In this document: in pieces, positions 20,050 through 28,989 of the stretch
Layout of the letters: each line of letters opens with the position of its first letter
How positions within the stretch are numbered: the first letter of the stretch is position 1
NCBI GenBank assembly: GCA_964291625.2
Contig: OZ220089.1
Coordinates: 896,001 to 960,000, forward strand
DNA: 64,000 bases
DNA from: Candidatus Latescibacterota bacterium
GTDB lineage: Bacteria > Latescibacterota > UBA2968 > UBA8231
Reading direction: 5' to 3'
Translations under genes and position numbers: made by a program
Notes under the pieces: generated by a model
The model's input: the letters and a program-made list of their open reading frames with translations, nothing else
Database searches by the model: none
Told to the model about the DNA's origin: nothing

Positions 20050-20900
20050 GATCCCTGTGGAAAGGCCATATCCGGTTCTCCATGGTGACCATCCCCATCC
20101 GCCTCTACAACGCCGTCGACTCCGGCTCGAGCCTGCGCTTCAACCAGCTCCACAAGGAGGACAACGGCCGCGTCCGCTACGAGAAGGTCTGCCGCAGCTG
20201 CGGCGAGAACCTCGGCGGCAACGACATCGTCAAGGGCTACGAGTACGCCCCCGACGAGTACGTGATCGTGGAGGACGAGGACTTCGAGAAGGTCAAGGTG
20301 AAGAGCTCGAGGATCATCGAGATCGAGGGCTTCGTCAGCACCGGCGAGGTCGACGTGAGCCTCTACGACACGCCCTACTTCGCCGGCCCCGACGGCGAGG
20401 TGGCGGTCAAGGTCTACGCCCTGCTCGCCGGCGCCCTGCAGGAGAGCGGCAAGCTCGGCGTCGGCCGGCTGGTGTTGCGCGACCGCGAGGACATGGTCCT
20501 CATCGGCTGCCAGGAGCAGGGGCTGGTGGTCTACAAGGTCCGCTACCCGCAGTTCCTGCGCAGCGTCGGCGACGTGCCCGGGCTGGCCGACGGCGAGGTG
20601 AGCCCCGAGGAGCTGAAGCTGGCCCAGAGCCTGGTCGACTCGATGACCCGGTCGCTGAGCGAGATCGAGATGAGGGACGCCTACCACGACGCCGTGCGCG
20701 AGATGATCGACGCCAAGGTGGCGGGCCGGGAGGTGGTCACCGCCGGCGACGAGGAGGTCGCCCCCGTGGTCGACATCATGACCGCCCTCAAGGAGAGCAT
20801 CGAGCTGGCCAAGGGCGACGCCCGGCCCATGGAGCGGGCCACGGGCGAGTCGGCGGAGGCGTCGGAAGAGGTGGAATCCGAGGCCCGGAAGACGGCCTGA
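20046..20900 (+). CDS. ku: NHEJ DNA end-binding protein Ku
   Basis: MRSLWKGHIRFSMVTIPIRLY, DIVKGYEY, VVDIMTALKESI; ATGA overlap with the ligD stop. Confidence 0.96.
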   Translation: MRSLWKGHIRFSMVTIPIRLYNAVDSGSSLRFNQLHKEDNGRVRYEKVCRSCGENLGGNDIVKGYEYAPDEYVIVEDEDFEKVKVKSSRIIEIEGFVSTGEVDVSLYDTPYFAGPDGEVAVKVYALLAGALQESGKLGVGRLVLRDREDMVLIGCQEQGLVVYKVRYPQFLRSVGDVPGLADGEVSPEELKLAQSLVDSMTRSLSEIEMRDAYHDAVREMIDAKVAGREVVTAGDEEVAPVVDIMTALKESIELAKGDARPMERATGESAEASEEVESEARKTA

Positions 20901-20902
20901 CG

Positions 20903-21568
20903 ATGGCGAAGATCCTGCGATTCCCGGGGGCGCCGGCTCCCGGCGGGGAACCCTCCAAGCGGCCGTCGACCTTCGGCCTCACGCGGGTACGGCGCCGGCC
21001 GCGGGGCGGCTCACGGGACCAGATGGACCTCTTCGCCGGCCCCCGGTCGACGGAGGTGCTGCCCCTCCCGGGGGCGTCGGCCGCCTCCTTCGAGCGGGCC
21101 CTGGCCCTCGACGAGGCCGGCGATCAGCGCGCCGCCCGCGCCGGGTACCTGAGCTGCATCGAAGCCGGCGACAGCGCCCCCGACGCCTGGTGCAACCTCG
21201 GCATCCTGGAGTTCAGCGACGGCGATTCCCGGGAGGCCTTCGACTGCTTCCGCCAGGCCCTGAAGCAGGACCCCCGCCACTGGGAGTCGCACTACAACCT
21301 CGGCAACCTGTTCTTCGAGGAGGAGCAGCACGACTCGGCGCGCCTCCACTGGGAGCTGGCCGCCGGCCTCGAGCCGGAGTTCGCCAACGTCCACTACAAC
21401 CTCGGCCTGGTGCTGGCCCTGCAGGAGGAGTTCGCTGGCGCGGTCTCGGCGGTGGAGCGGTACTGCGGCCTCGCCTCCGAGGCCGAAGCGGCGGCCGCGG
21501 GCGAGCTGCTCGAGACTCTGCGCGCCTCGCGGACCCAGGCCGAGACGGGCACCTCGCCGGCCGACTGA
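20903..21568 (+). CDS. Tetratricopeptide-repeat protein co-transcribed with ligD-ku
   Basis: DAWCNLGIL, ESHYNLGNL and NVHYNLGLV TPR motifs; starts 2 bp after the ku stop. Confidence 0.88.
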   Translation: MAKILRFPGAPAPGGEPSKRPSTFGLTRVRRRPRGGSRDQMDLFAGPRSTEVLPLPGASAASFERALALDEAGDQRAARAGYLSCIEAGDSAPDAWCNLGILEFSDGDSREAFDCFRQALKQDPRHWESHYNLGNLFFEEEQHDSARLHWELAAGLEPEFANVHYNLGLVLALQEEFAGAVSAVERYCGLASEAEAAAAGELLETLRASRTQAETGTSPAD

Positions 21569-21572
21569 GCGG

Positions 21573-21589
21573 GAGGGGCCCGGCCCCTC
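21573..21589. terminator. Short GC hairpin between the convergent TPR and acyl-CoA synthetase genes
   Basis: gaggggcc-c-ggcccctc inverted repeat; no U-tract. Confidence 0.25.
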
Positions 21590-23168
21590 AGTTGACCCGT
21601 CTCGAGCGGCCCTCCCACTCCTTCTCGCGCAGCACGAACTTCTGCACCTTGCCCGTCGAGGTCTTCGGCAGCTCGCCGAACTCGACCGCCGCCGGGCACT
21701 TGAAGTGGGCCAGGCGCTCGCGGCAGAAGTCGATGATCTCCGTCTCGCCCGCCTCGCCGCCCTCCTTCAGGGTGACGAAGGCCTTTGGCCGTTCCCCCCA
21801 CTTGTCGTCGGGCACGGCGATGACGGCGCACTCGAGCACCGCGGGATGGCGGGCCACGGTCTGCTCGACCTCGATGGTGGAGATGTTCTCGCCCCCGGAG
21901 ATGATGATGTCCTTGGCGCGGTCGCGGATCTCGACGTAGCCGTCGGGGTGGCGCACCCCCAGGTCCCCGGAGTGGAACCAGCCGCCGCGAAAGGCCTCGG
22001 CCGTGGCCTCGGGCTGATCGAAGTACTCCTTCATGACGATGTTGCCGCGCATGACCACCTCGCCCATGGTCTGGCCGTCGCGGGGCACGTCCCGGCCCTC
22101 CTCGTCGACGACGCGGACCTCGTCGGAGACGACGTAGCCCTGCCCCTGGCGGGCCAGCAGCCGCGCCTGCTCGTCGGCGGGCCGTCCCTCCCACTCCTGC
22201 TGCCAGGCGCAGACCGAGGTGGGGCCGTAGGTCTCGGTGAGGCCGTACACGTGGATGGGACGGATGTCGTGCTCGCGGAGCTGGCCCAGCAGGGTCGGCG
22301 ACGGCGGCGCCCCGGCGATGACGGCGGTCACCCGGCGGCCGAGGGGGCGGGCGGCCGGGTGGGCGAGGAGGTTGATGTGGACGGTGGGGGCGCCACAGTA
22401 GTGGGTGACGCCCTCCGCTTCGAGGAGCTGCCAGATGCGCCCGGGATCGACCTGGCGCAGGCAGACGTGGGTGCCGGCCATGGCGGTGACCGCCCAGGTG
22501 AAGCACCAGCCGTTGCAGTGGAACATGGGCAGCGTCCACAGGTAGACGGCGTCGAAGGTCATGCCCGTCTCCAGGGCCTCGCCGAGGGCGTTGAGGCAGG
22601 CGCCCCGGTGGGTGTAGACCACGCCCTTGGGCCGGCCCGTGGTGCCCGAGGTGTAGTTCATGGAGATCGGCTCCTCCTCGTCCTCGAGGACGGACGGCGG
22701 AGCCTCCTCCGAGCCGCCGGCGAGGAAGGCCTCGTAGGGGTCGTCCGCGGTGCCGGTGTCGGCGATCCGCACGACCCGCATCGCCCCCAGGTCGAGGGGC
22801 TCCACGAGGTGGGCGAGGGCGTCGTCGACGAAGAGGAAGCGCGACCCGGAGTGCTCCAGGATGTAGCCGATCTCGCCGCTGTTCAGGCGGGTGTTGACGG
22901 CGACCAGCACGCCCCCGGCGGCGGGCACGGCGAAGTGGGCCTCCAGCAGGGCCGGCGTGTTCGGCGAGAGGAAGGCGGCGCGCTGCCCCTTCTCCAGGCC
23001 GGCGCGGACCAGGGCCGTGGCGAGGCGGTTCACGCGCGCCTCCAGCTCGGCGTAAGTGTAGCGGCGCTCGCCGTGGACGACGGCGGTCTTGCCGGGAAAG
23101 ACGCGGGCGCTGCGCCGCAGGAAGTCGACGGGCGTCAGCTCGGTGCGGTAGACCTTGTCGGCGCTCAT
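21588..23168 (-). CDS. Acyl-CoA synthetase / AMP-binding fatty-acid-CoA ligase
   Basis: YTSGTTGRPKG, YGLTET, GWFHSGDLG, DIIISGGENIS, LPKTSTGK; start MSADKVYRTELTP. Confidence 0.94.
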   Translation of the reverse strand: MSADKVYRTELTPVDFLRRSARVFPGKTAVVHGERRYTYAELEARVNRLATALVRAGLEKGQRAAFLSPNTPALLEAHFAVPAAGGVLVAVNTRLNSGEIGYILEHSGSRFLFVDDALAHLVEPLDLGAMRVVRIADTGTADDPYEAFLAGGSEEAPPSVLEDEEEPISMNYTSGTTGRPKGVVYTHRGACLNALGEALETGMTFDAVYLWTLPMFHCNGWCFTWAVTAMAGTHVCLRQVDPGRIWQLLEAEGVTHYCGAPTVHINLLAHPAARPLGRRVTAVIAGAPPSPTLLGQLREHDIRPIHVYGLTETYGPTSVCAWQQEWEGRPADEQARLLARQGQGYVVSDEVRVVDEEGRDVPRDGQTMGEVVMRGNIVMKEYFDQPEATAEAFRGGWFHSGDLGVRHPDGYVEIRDRAKDIIISGGENISTIEVEQTVARHPAVLECAVIAVPDDKWGERPKAFVTLKEGGEAGETEIIDFCRERLAHFKCPAAVEFGELPKTSTGKVQKFVLREKEWEGRSRRVN

Positions 23169-24295
23169 GGGCTCCCCTCCCCCGCGGCCTCGCGGCGCCA
23201 GCGCTCCAGGGGGTGCTCGCGCGGGGCCAGGGGCATCTCCACCCGGGCCCGGCGCCGGTGGGACTCGTAGGTGGCGTGGATCATCTCCAGGCAGTCGCGC
23301 CCGTCGGCGCCGCTCGACAGCGGCTCGCGGTCCCGCGCCGCCGCCTCGATCAGGTCCCGAAGCATGAGCCGCTGCAGGAACTTCCGCTTCGAGTCCCGGT
23401 CGCGGGGGTTCCCCGCCTCGTCGAGGTCCTCCTCGGGCAGGGGGACCGGCTCCCAGGCGTCGGCCGGCCCCATGTGCGCCCCCCGGTGGAGGAACATCCG
23501 GGTGCCGACGCTGCGGCGCAGGGCGATGCGGCCCTCGGTGCCGACGATGTCGATCCCGTAGTTTTCGTCGTCGGTCCGCCCCTCGGCGGCGAAGCCGACG
23601 TCGGCGTGGACGCCGCCGCGGAAGCGCAGGCTCACGAAGGCGCGCTCCCCGAGGACCAGCCCCGCGTCCCGGTCCCGCGGGTTCACCTCCTGGGTGCGGC
23701 GGATGTCGGCGAGACCCGACTCGCGGCCGTCGAGCTGGGTCAGGTGGCCGTGGAGCCACTCCACGCCGCCGCCGAAGAGGCGCAGCCAGTCGTAGAGGTG
23801 GGTGCCCATCTCCATCAGCTCGTTGCCGGCCCTGCGGCCCCCCTTGTTGGCGGCCTGGAGGCGGATCACCCGGCCGATGCGGCCGGCCTCGATCCACTCC
23901 TTCGCATGGCCGTTGAAGGGGCTGGCCCGCTTGATGTGGTTGATGGCCAGCTTGACGCCGTGGTCCCGGCAGGCGGCGACCATGCGGTCGGCCTGGATCA
24001 GATCCAGGGCGATCGGCTTCTCGCAGAAGACGTGGACGCCGCGGCCGGCGGCGGCCAGGACCGGCGCCTCGTGCTGGGGCGCCTGGGTGGCGATGACGGC
24101 CACGTCGGGGGCGGTCTCGTCGAGGAGGCGCTCGTAGTCGTCGAAGACGGGAGCGCCGTGGCGCCCGCCCCAGGCCCGGCCGCGTTCGGCGTCGATCTCG
24201 GCGCCGCCCACCAGCTCGCAGCCCGGCTCCTCCCGGACGGCCTCGGCGTGGTGGTGGCCCATGCCGCCCAGGCCGATGACGGCGACGCGGGTCAA
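23165..24295 (-). CDS. Gfo/Idh/MocA-family oxidoreductase
   Basis: VAVIGLGGMG Rossmann motif, HVFCEKP, MGTHLYD; TTG start overlaps the upstream stop. Confidence 0.9.
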   Translation of the reverse strand: MTRVAVIGLGGMGHHHAEAVREEPGCELVGGAEIDAERGRAWGGRHGAPVFDDYERLLDETAPDVAVIATQAPQHEAPVLAAAGRGVHVFCEKPIALDLIQADRMVAACRDHGVKLAINHIKRASPFNGHAKEWIEAGRIGRVIRLQAANKGGRRAGNELMEMGTHLYDWLRLFGGGVEWLHGHLTQLDGRESGLADIRRTQEVNPRDRDAGLVLGERAFVSLRFRGGVHADVGFAAEGRTDDENYGIDIVGTEGRIALRRSVGTRMFLHRGAHMGPADAWEPVPLPEEDLDEAGNPRDRDSKRKFLQRLMLRDLIEAAARDREPLSSGADGRDCLEMIHATYESHRRRARVEMPLAPREHPLERWRREAAGEGSP

Positions 24296-25479
24296 CGGGG
24301 CTCCTCCCGGGCGGCCAGGCGCTCCATGGCGGCGCCGACGCCGCCGGCCCGGTGCGGGACCCCGGCCAGGCCCAGGCCCATCTCGACGCCGCAGAGGGCG
24401 GCCGCCACCTGCAGGTCGTTCACCGACCCGAGGTGGCCGATGCGGAAGACGCGCCCCTGAAGGGGGCCGAGCCCCGTCCCCAGGGACAGGTCGAAGCGCT
24501 CGAGGATCACCCGCCGCAGCCCGTCGGCGTCGGAGCCCTCCGGCACCCGGACGGCGGTCAGGGTCGGCGAGCGGGCCTCCTCGCGGCTGCAGAACAGCTC
24601 CAGCCCCCAGCCGTCGACGGCGGCGCGGACCACCGCGGCCAGGCGGCGGTGGCGGGCCTGGACCGCCGGCAGTCCCTCGGCCTCCAGCAGGTCCAGGGCC
24701 GCGTCCAGCCCGAAGAGCAGGGGGACGGCCGGCGTGTACGGGAAGAACCCCCGCGCCTCCGCCTCCAGCAGCGGACCCCAGTCCCAGTAGGAGCGCGGGA
24801 GGCCGGCCTGCCGCGAGGCGGCGAGGGCCTTCTCGCCGATGGCGGTGAAGCCGAGGCCGGGGGGCAGCATGAGGCCCTTCTGGGAGCCGGCGACGGTGAC
24901 GTCCACCCCCCACTGGTCGTGGCGGTAGTCGACGGCGCCCAGGGAGGAGACCACGTCGACGAGCAGCAGGGCCCCGTGGCCGGCGCCGTCGATGGCGTTC
25001 CGCAGGGCGGCGACGTCGCTCAGGACGCCGGTGGAGGTCTCGTTGTGCAGGGCCAGGACGGCGCCGATCCGGCCGTCGTCATCGGCGGCGAGACGCTCCT
25101 CCAGGCGCCGCGGATCGACGGGGTGACGCCAGTCGCACCCCAGCCCCTCCACGGTGAGGCCCAGGCGCCGGGCGACCTCGCCCCACTGGCGGGCGAAGTG
25201 GCCGTTGTCGCAGCAGAGGATCAGGTCCCCGGGGGAGAGGGTGTTGACCAGGGCCGCCTCCCAGGCGCCGGTGCCGGAGGAGGGGTAGATGGCGATGGGC
25301 CCGCCGCAGCCGAAGACGGGGCCGAGGCGCTCGAGGAGCGACCGCGTGAGGCGGGCGAACTCGGGCCCCCGGTGGTCGATGAGGGGCCGGGCCATGGCGC
25401 GGCTCACCGCGTCCGGGATGGGCGTGGGCCCGGGGATGTGCAGGTGGTGGCGCCCGGGTCTCGGCGCTTCGTCGCTCAT
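24292..25479 (-). CDS. Class V PLP aminotransferase (serine-glyoxylate / alanine-glyoxylate aminotransferase family)
   Basis: LHIPGPT, SSGTGAWEA, HNETSTG, VDVVSS, GSQKGLMLPPG, FRIGHLG. Confidence 0.93.
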   Translation of the reverse strand: MSDEAPRPGRHHLHIPGPTPIPDAVSRAMARPLIDHRGPEFARLTRSLLERLGPVFGCGGPIAIYPSSGTGAWEAALVNTLSPGDLILCCDNGHFARQWGEVARRLGLTVEGLGCDWRHPVDPRRLEERLAADDDGRIGAVLALHNETSTGVLSDVAALRNAIDGAGHGALLLVDVVSSLGAVDYRHDQWGVDVTVAGSQKGLMLPPGLGFTAIGEKALAASRQAGLPRSYWDWGPLLEAEARGFFPYTPAVPLLFGLDAALDLLEAEGLPAVQARHRRLAAVVRAAVDGWGLELFCSREEARSPTLTAVRVPEGSDADGLRRVILERFDLSLGTGLGPLQGRVFRIGHLGSVNDLQVAAALCGVEMGLGLAGVPHRAGGVGAAMERLAAREEPR

Positions 25480-25566
25480 GGGGGCAGGTGCCTCGACGGG
25501 TCCGGTGGTCCGCGGAGGCTCAAGGATCGCACGCGGGCGCGGCCGGAACAACCGGGGCGGGCGTCC

Positions 25567-27234
25567 TCAGGCGAGCAGCTCGCGCACCCGGGGCGAATCC
25601 CCCTCCCGCGCCCGGGCCCTCGCCGCGGCCCACGGCGACCCCGCCGGAGCGTCGGGGTCCGCCCCCTTCTCCAGCAGGAAGGCGACCATCTCCGCCTCCT
25701 CCGCCCGCGCCGCCGCGGCCAGGGGCGTGCCGCCGTGCTCCAGCTCCACCGCCTCCAGGTCGGCGCCGGCGTCGAGCAGGGCCGCGGCGGCCTCGACGGC
25801 CCCCTTCCCGGCGGCCATGTGCAGGAAGGTGCGTCCGATCCAGTTCGGCCGGTCCGGGTCCAGACCGGCGGCCAGCAGCCTGGACAGCAGTCCCGGCGAG
25901 GGCACCTCCCCGCCCCACACGTCCCCCGGCACCAGGTCCGCCACCGCGCCCCCCCAGCGCTCCAGGAACAGGTCGTGCAGCTCGCCATCCTTCGAGTTGA
26001 GCAGGTTGGCCATGAATTGCCAGTCGCCGGCGGCGGGGTACCCGGACAGCAGGGCCTGCTTCATCTCCTCGGGAGAATCGGGCGGCGACGGCGTCGCGCC
26101 GCGGCTGCGCAGCAGCTCCTGCATGGCGCCGCACTCCTCCGGGTGGCTCCACTCGGCGATGAACCAGCAGTCCCCCGAGGAGTCGACGCCGGCGTTCGGG
26201 TCGGCCCCGTGGTCGAGGAGCAGCTCCGCCAGGTCGAGGCGGTTGGCCCCCGACGCCTCGTGCAGGGCCGCCCCTCGGGGCGCCAGGTCCTCGGGCGCGG
26301 CGGGATCGGCCCCGTGGTGCAGCAGCAGCTTCACGAGCTCCAGGCGGCCGGCCCGGACCGCGGCGGTCAGGGGGCTGCGGCGGGCCGGGTCGAGGCGGTT
26401 CGCCGCCCCCGGGTCGGCGGCCAGGACCTCCCGCGCCTCTTCGATGTCCCCCATGCGGCAGACCAGGGTGAAACCGCGGGCGGCGCCGCGGTCCAGCAGG
26501 TGCCGGGCGACGACCCACGGGTCCTTGACCGCCTCCTCCGGCAGGTCGCGGGGGCGGTACCAGTAGTCGCCGTCCACGGCCACCTGCACCGGCGTGCGGC
26601 CGTCGGCGCGCCGGGCGTCGATGTCGGCGCCCAGCTCCAGGAAGCGGTCGGCGAGGTCCAGCTGGCGGGTGAGGGCGCCCCAGTGGAGGGGGTTGTTGCC
26701 CAGGGCGTCGGCGGCCTTCACCAGCTCCGGGTCGGCGGCCAGGAGCGCCTCGATCCGGTCGCCGTCGCGGTCGCGGATGGCCGCGGCCAGCGGCTCGAAG
26801 CCCCCGTCGTACCCGAAGCGGGCGGCCATGGCCTGCCGCAGCAGCCCGTCGACCTCGCGGTGGCCGCGCTCGCCGGCGACGGCCAGCAGCTTGTCCCAGG
26901 AGTTGTAGGTGTAGCGCGACTGCCCGGGGTCGGCGCCGGAGGCCAGCAGCAGCTCCACCACGGCGGCGTGGCCCTCCCGGACCGCCATATGGAGGGGGAA
27001 CTGGTACCAGTACTGGGCGTTGACGAGGTTCGGGTCGCGCCCGAGGAGATCCCGCGCGCCCTCCAGGTCCCCGGCGGCGCAGGCGCAGAACAGGGCCCAG
27101 GCGTCGCGGCCGTCCACGGGCACGACGCCGTACACGTAGCGGTCGGTGTCCATGGCGCCCGGCCGCGTGAGGCGCGTCTTCTCCAGGGTGAAGGAGCCGT
27201 CCGGGGCCGGCCGGCGGGATCCGTTGCGGGACAT
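25567..27234 (-). CDS. Ankyrin-repeat protein
   Basis: Multiple PLHxA/TPLxxA...LLxxGADP repeats; no signal peptide. Confidence 0.88.
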   Translation of the reverse strand: MSRNGSRRPAPDGSFTLEKTRLTRPGAMDTDRYVYGVVPVDGRDAWALFCACAAGDLEGARDLLGRDPNLVNAQYWYQFPLHMAVREGHAAVVELLLASGADPGQSRYTYNSWDKLLAVAGERGHREVDGLLRQAMAARFGYDGGFEPLAAAIRDRDGDRIEALLAADPELVKAADALGNNPLHWGALTRQLDLADRFLELGADIDARRADGRTPVQVAVDGDYWYRPRDLPEEAVKDPWVVARHLLDRGAARGFTLVCRMGDIEEAREVLAADPGAANRLDPARRSPLTAAVRAGRLELVKLLLHHGADPAAPEDLAPRGAALHEASGANRLDLAELLLDHGADPNAGVDSSGDCWFIAEWSHPEECGAMQELLRSRGATPSPPDSPEEMKQALLSGYPAAGDWQFMANLLNSKDGELHDLFLERWGGAVADLVPGDVWGGEVPSPGLLSRLLAAGLDPDRPNWIGRTFLHMAAGKGAVEAAAALLDAGADLEAVELEHGGTPLAAAARAEEAEMVAFLLEKGADPDAPAGSPWAAARARAREGDSPRVRELLA

Positions 27235-27247
27235 GGAGAGGGAGGGA

Positions 27248-27275
27248 CGGGCGCGCGGGGGTTGCCGCGCGCCCG
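27248..27275. terminator. 11-bp-stem hairpin just downstream of doxX
   Basis: cgggcgcgcgg-gggttg-ccgcgcgcccg perfect inverted repeat; no U-tract. Confidence 0.35.
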
Positions 27276-27281
27276 CGCAGA

Positions 27282-27716
27282 TCAGGACTCCCGGCAGCCG
27301 CGGCCGAAGAAGTTGGCGTCCAGGGAGAAGCGCCCCGGGCCGGAAGCGATGAACAGGATCGAGAGGCAGAGGTAGACGGCCGCCAGCTCGTAGGAGCCTC
27401 CCCGGCCTACGAAGGGATCGCCGCCCAGCAAGTGCGTGCCCACGGCCACGGCCATGGTGCAGCCGATGCCAATGGAGGCCAGCGGCGTCAGCAGGCCGAT
27501 CATCCAGGCGATGCCGCCGCCGAACTCCGAGAGGGCCGCCAGCCCCTGGAACAGGCCGGGGGCGAAGGCATCGGGTCCCATCCAGCCGAAGGGGTTCTGG
27601 ATCTTCCCCCAGCCGTGGAAGACGAAGGCGAGACCGGCCACCAGCCGCATCAGCAGCAGGGCGCCGTCGGCCGGCGGCGGCAGGTGGGGCGCCTTGAGGT
27701 ATGCTCGGAGGTTCAT
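27282..27716 (-). CDS. DoxX-family membrane protein
   Basis: LLLMRLVAGLAFVFHGWGK, EFGGG, GPGRFSLD. Confidence 0.9.
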   Translation of the reverse strand: MNLRAYLKAPHLPPPADGALLLMRLVAGLAFVFHGWGKIQNPFGWMGPDAFAPGLFQGLAALSEFGGGIAWMIGLLTPLASIGIGCTMAVAVGTHLLGGDPFVGRGGSYELAAVYLCLSILFIASGPGRFSLDANFFGRGCRES

Positions 27717-27914
27717 TGAGAAGGTCCTTTCCCGTGAGGTGTCGAGGAGCCCGGCTCCCGTTCGAGAGGCCCGCTGCGATATAGCGGATCTACACCGTCC
27801 GTGCAACAGGCGGCCGCCTTTGCTGTCCCCTTCCTGTCCCGATAGCCTGCCCATGGCTGGCTCCCTATCGTTGGCCGAAGGACTTGCCATCGCCCAGCGG
27901 AAAAGGAAACGACG

Positions 27915-28859
27915 ATGAACGAGGAAGTAGCCAGCCTGGTGGACACCACGCAGGGATGGGTCGCCCATCACGTCCCCGAAATAGGCCGGGACGTGATGGG
28001 CGTGATCGTCTATCTCCTCCCCGCGGCCCTGGTACTGACGGTCACGGTGCTCCTCTACAAGATCACCAAGCGCTTCGTCCTGGCGGCCATGCGTCGCCAG
28101 GGCCGCCGCGAGGTCCAGGTCCACAGGGCCCAGTCCCTGCTCAAGTACGCCTTCGTGCTGTCGGGGATCGTCCTCCTGGGCATCAGCTTGTCGGGTTCCT
28201 TCGCCGCCATGGGACTCGGCCTGGGCTTCCTCGGCATGCTCATGGGCTGGTCCCTGCAACGGCCCGTGACCGGGGTGGCCGCCTGGATCATGGTCATGAT
28301 GAAGCGGCCCTTCCAGATCGGTGACCGCATCATCTTCCAGGACGTGACGGGCGATGTGCTCGACATCAGTCCCAGCCACATTCTGCTGGGGGAAGTGGGC
28401 GGGACCATCCCCGGGGAAGAAGCGTCCAGGCGGATCATCCTGATCCCCAATGCCCTGCTCTTCGACCAGATGGTCATCAACTACGCGCACACGGACTCAT
28501 TCGAGGAGGCCAAGTTCATTCTCGACGAGGTGCCGGTGCGCATCTCCTATCGCTCGGATTTCCGGTTGACCGAGCGGACCCTCATCGACTGCGCCACCGA
28601 GGTGACTCGCGAGATCATCGAGGAGACCGGGGAGACGCCCTTCGTCCGGGCCGAGCTCTTCCACTCCGGGATCACCATGCGGGTGAGGTACCAGTCCATC
28701 GCGGTGGAGCGAGAGCGCATCGCCAGTGAAGTCCTGGGGAAGATCATCGAGGCCATCCACCAGAACGACCGGATCGATTTCGCCTACCGCCACGTCACCC
28801 TCGAGCAACCCCCGGACGAATGGGAACCGCCGCCGAGTCTGTCGAAGCGGGACCCCTGA
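27915..28859 (+). CDS. Small-conductance mechanosensitive channel (MscS family)
   Basis: Three TM segments followed by RPFQIGDRI, GDVLDI and ILIPNA. Confidence 0.88.
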   Translation: MNEEVASLVDTTQGWVAHHVPEIGRDVMGVIVYLLPAALVLTVTVLLYKITKRFVLAAMRRQGRREVQVHRAQSLLKYAFVLSGIVLLGISLSGSFAAMGLGLGFLGMLMGWSLQRPVTGVAAWIMVMMKRPFQIGDRIIFQDVTGDVLDISPSHILLGEVGGTIPGEEASRRIILIPNALLFDQMVINYAHTDSFEEAKFILDEVPVRISYRSDFRLTERTLIDCATEVTREIIEETGETPFVRAELFHSGITMRVRYQSIAVERERIASEVLGKIIEAIHQNDRIDFAYRHVTLEQPPDEWEPPPSLSKRDP

Positions 28860-28989
28860 CGCCGATCCTTCGGGACGCGCACTCAACCACCTGGAGAGCC
28901 GACTCGGCCCGCCGTTTCCCCGCCCCGTGGGCTCGACGACGCGCAGCAGGACACCTCTCCGGGAGCCCCGTCGATGCCGGGCAGCGGCC

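Noticed and set aside
24352-27375. 1007-aa plus-strand ORF and other long antisense ORFs (28726-30651, 46727-49237, 50146-52431)
   Set aside because: Antisense shadows of well-supported minus-strand genes.
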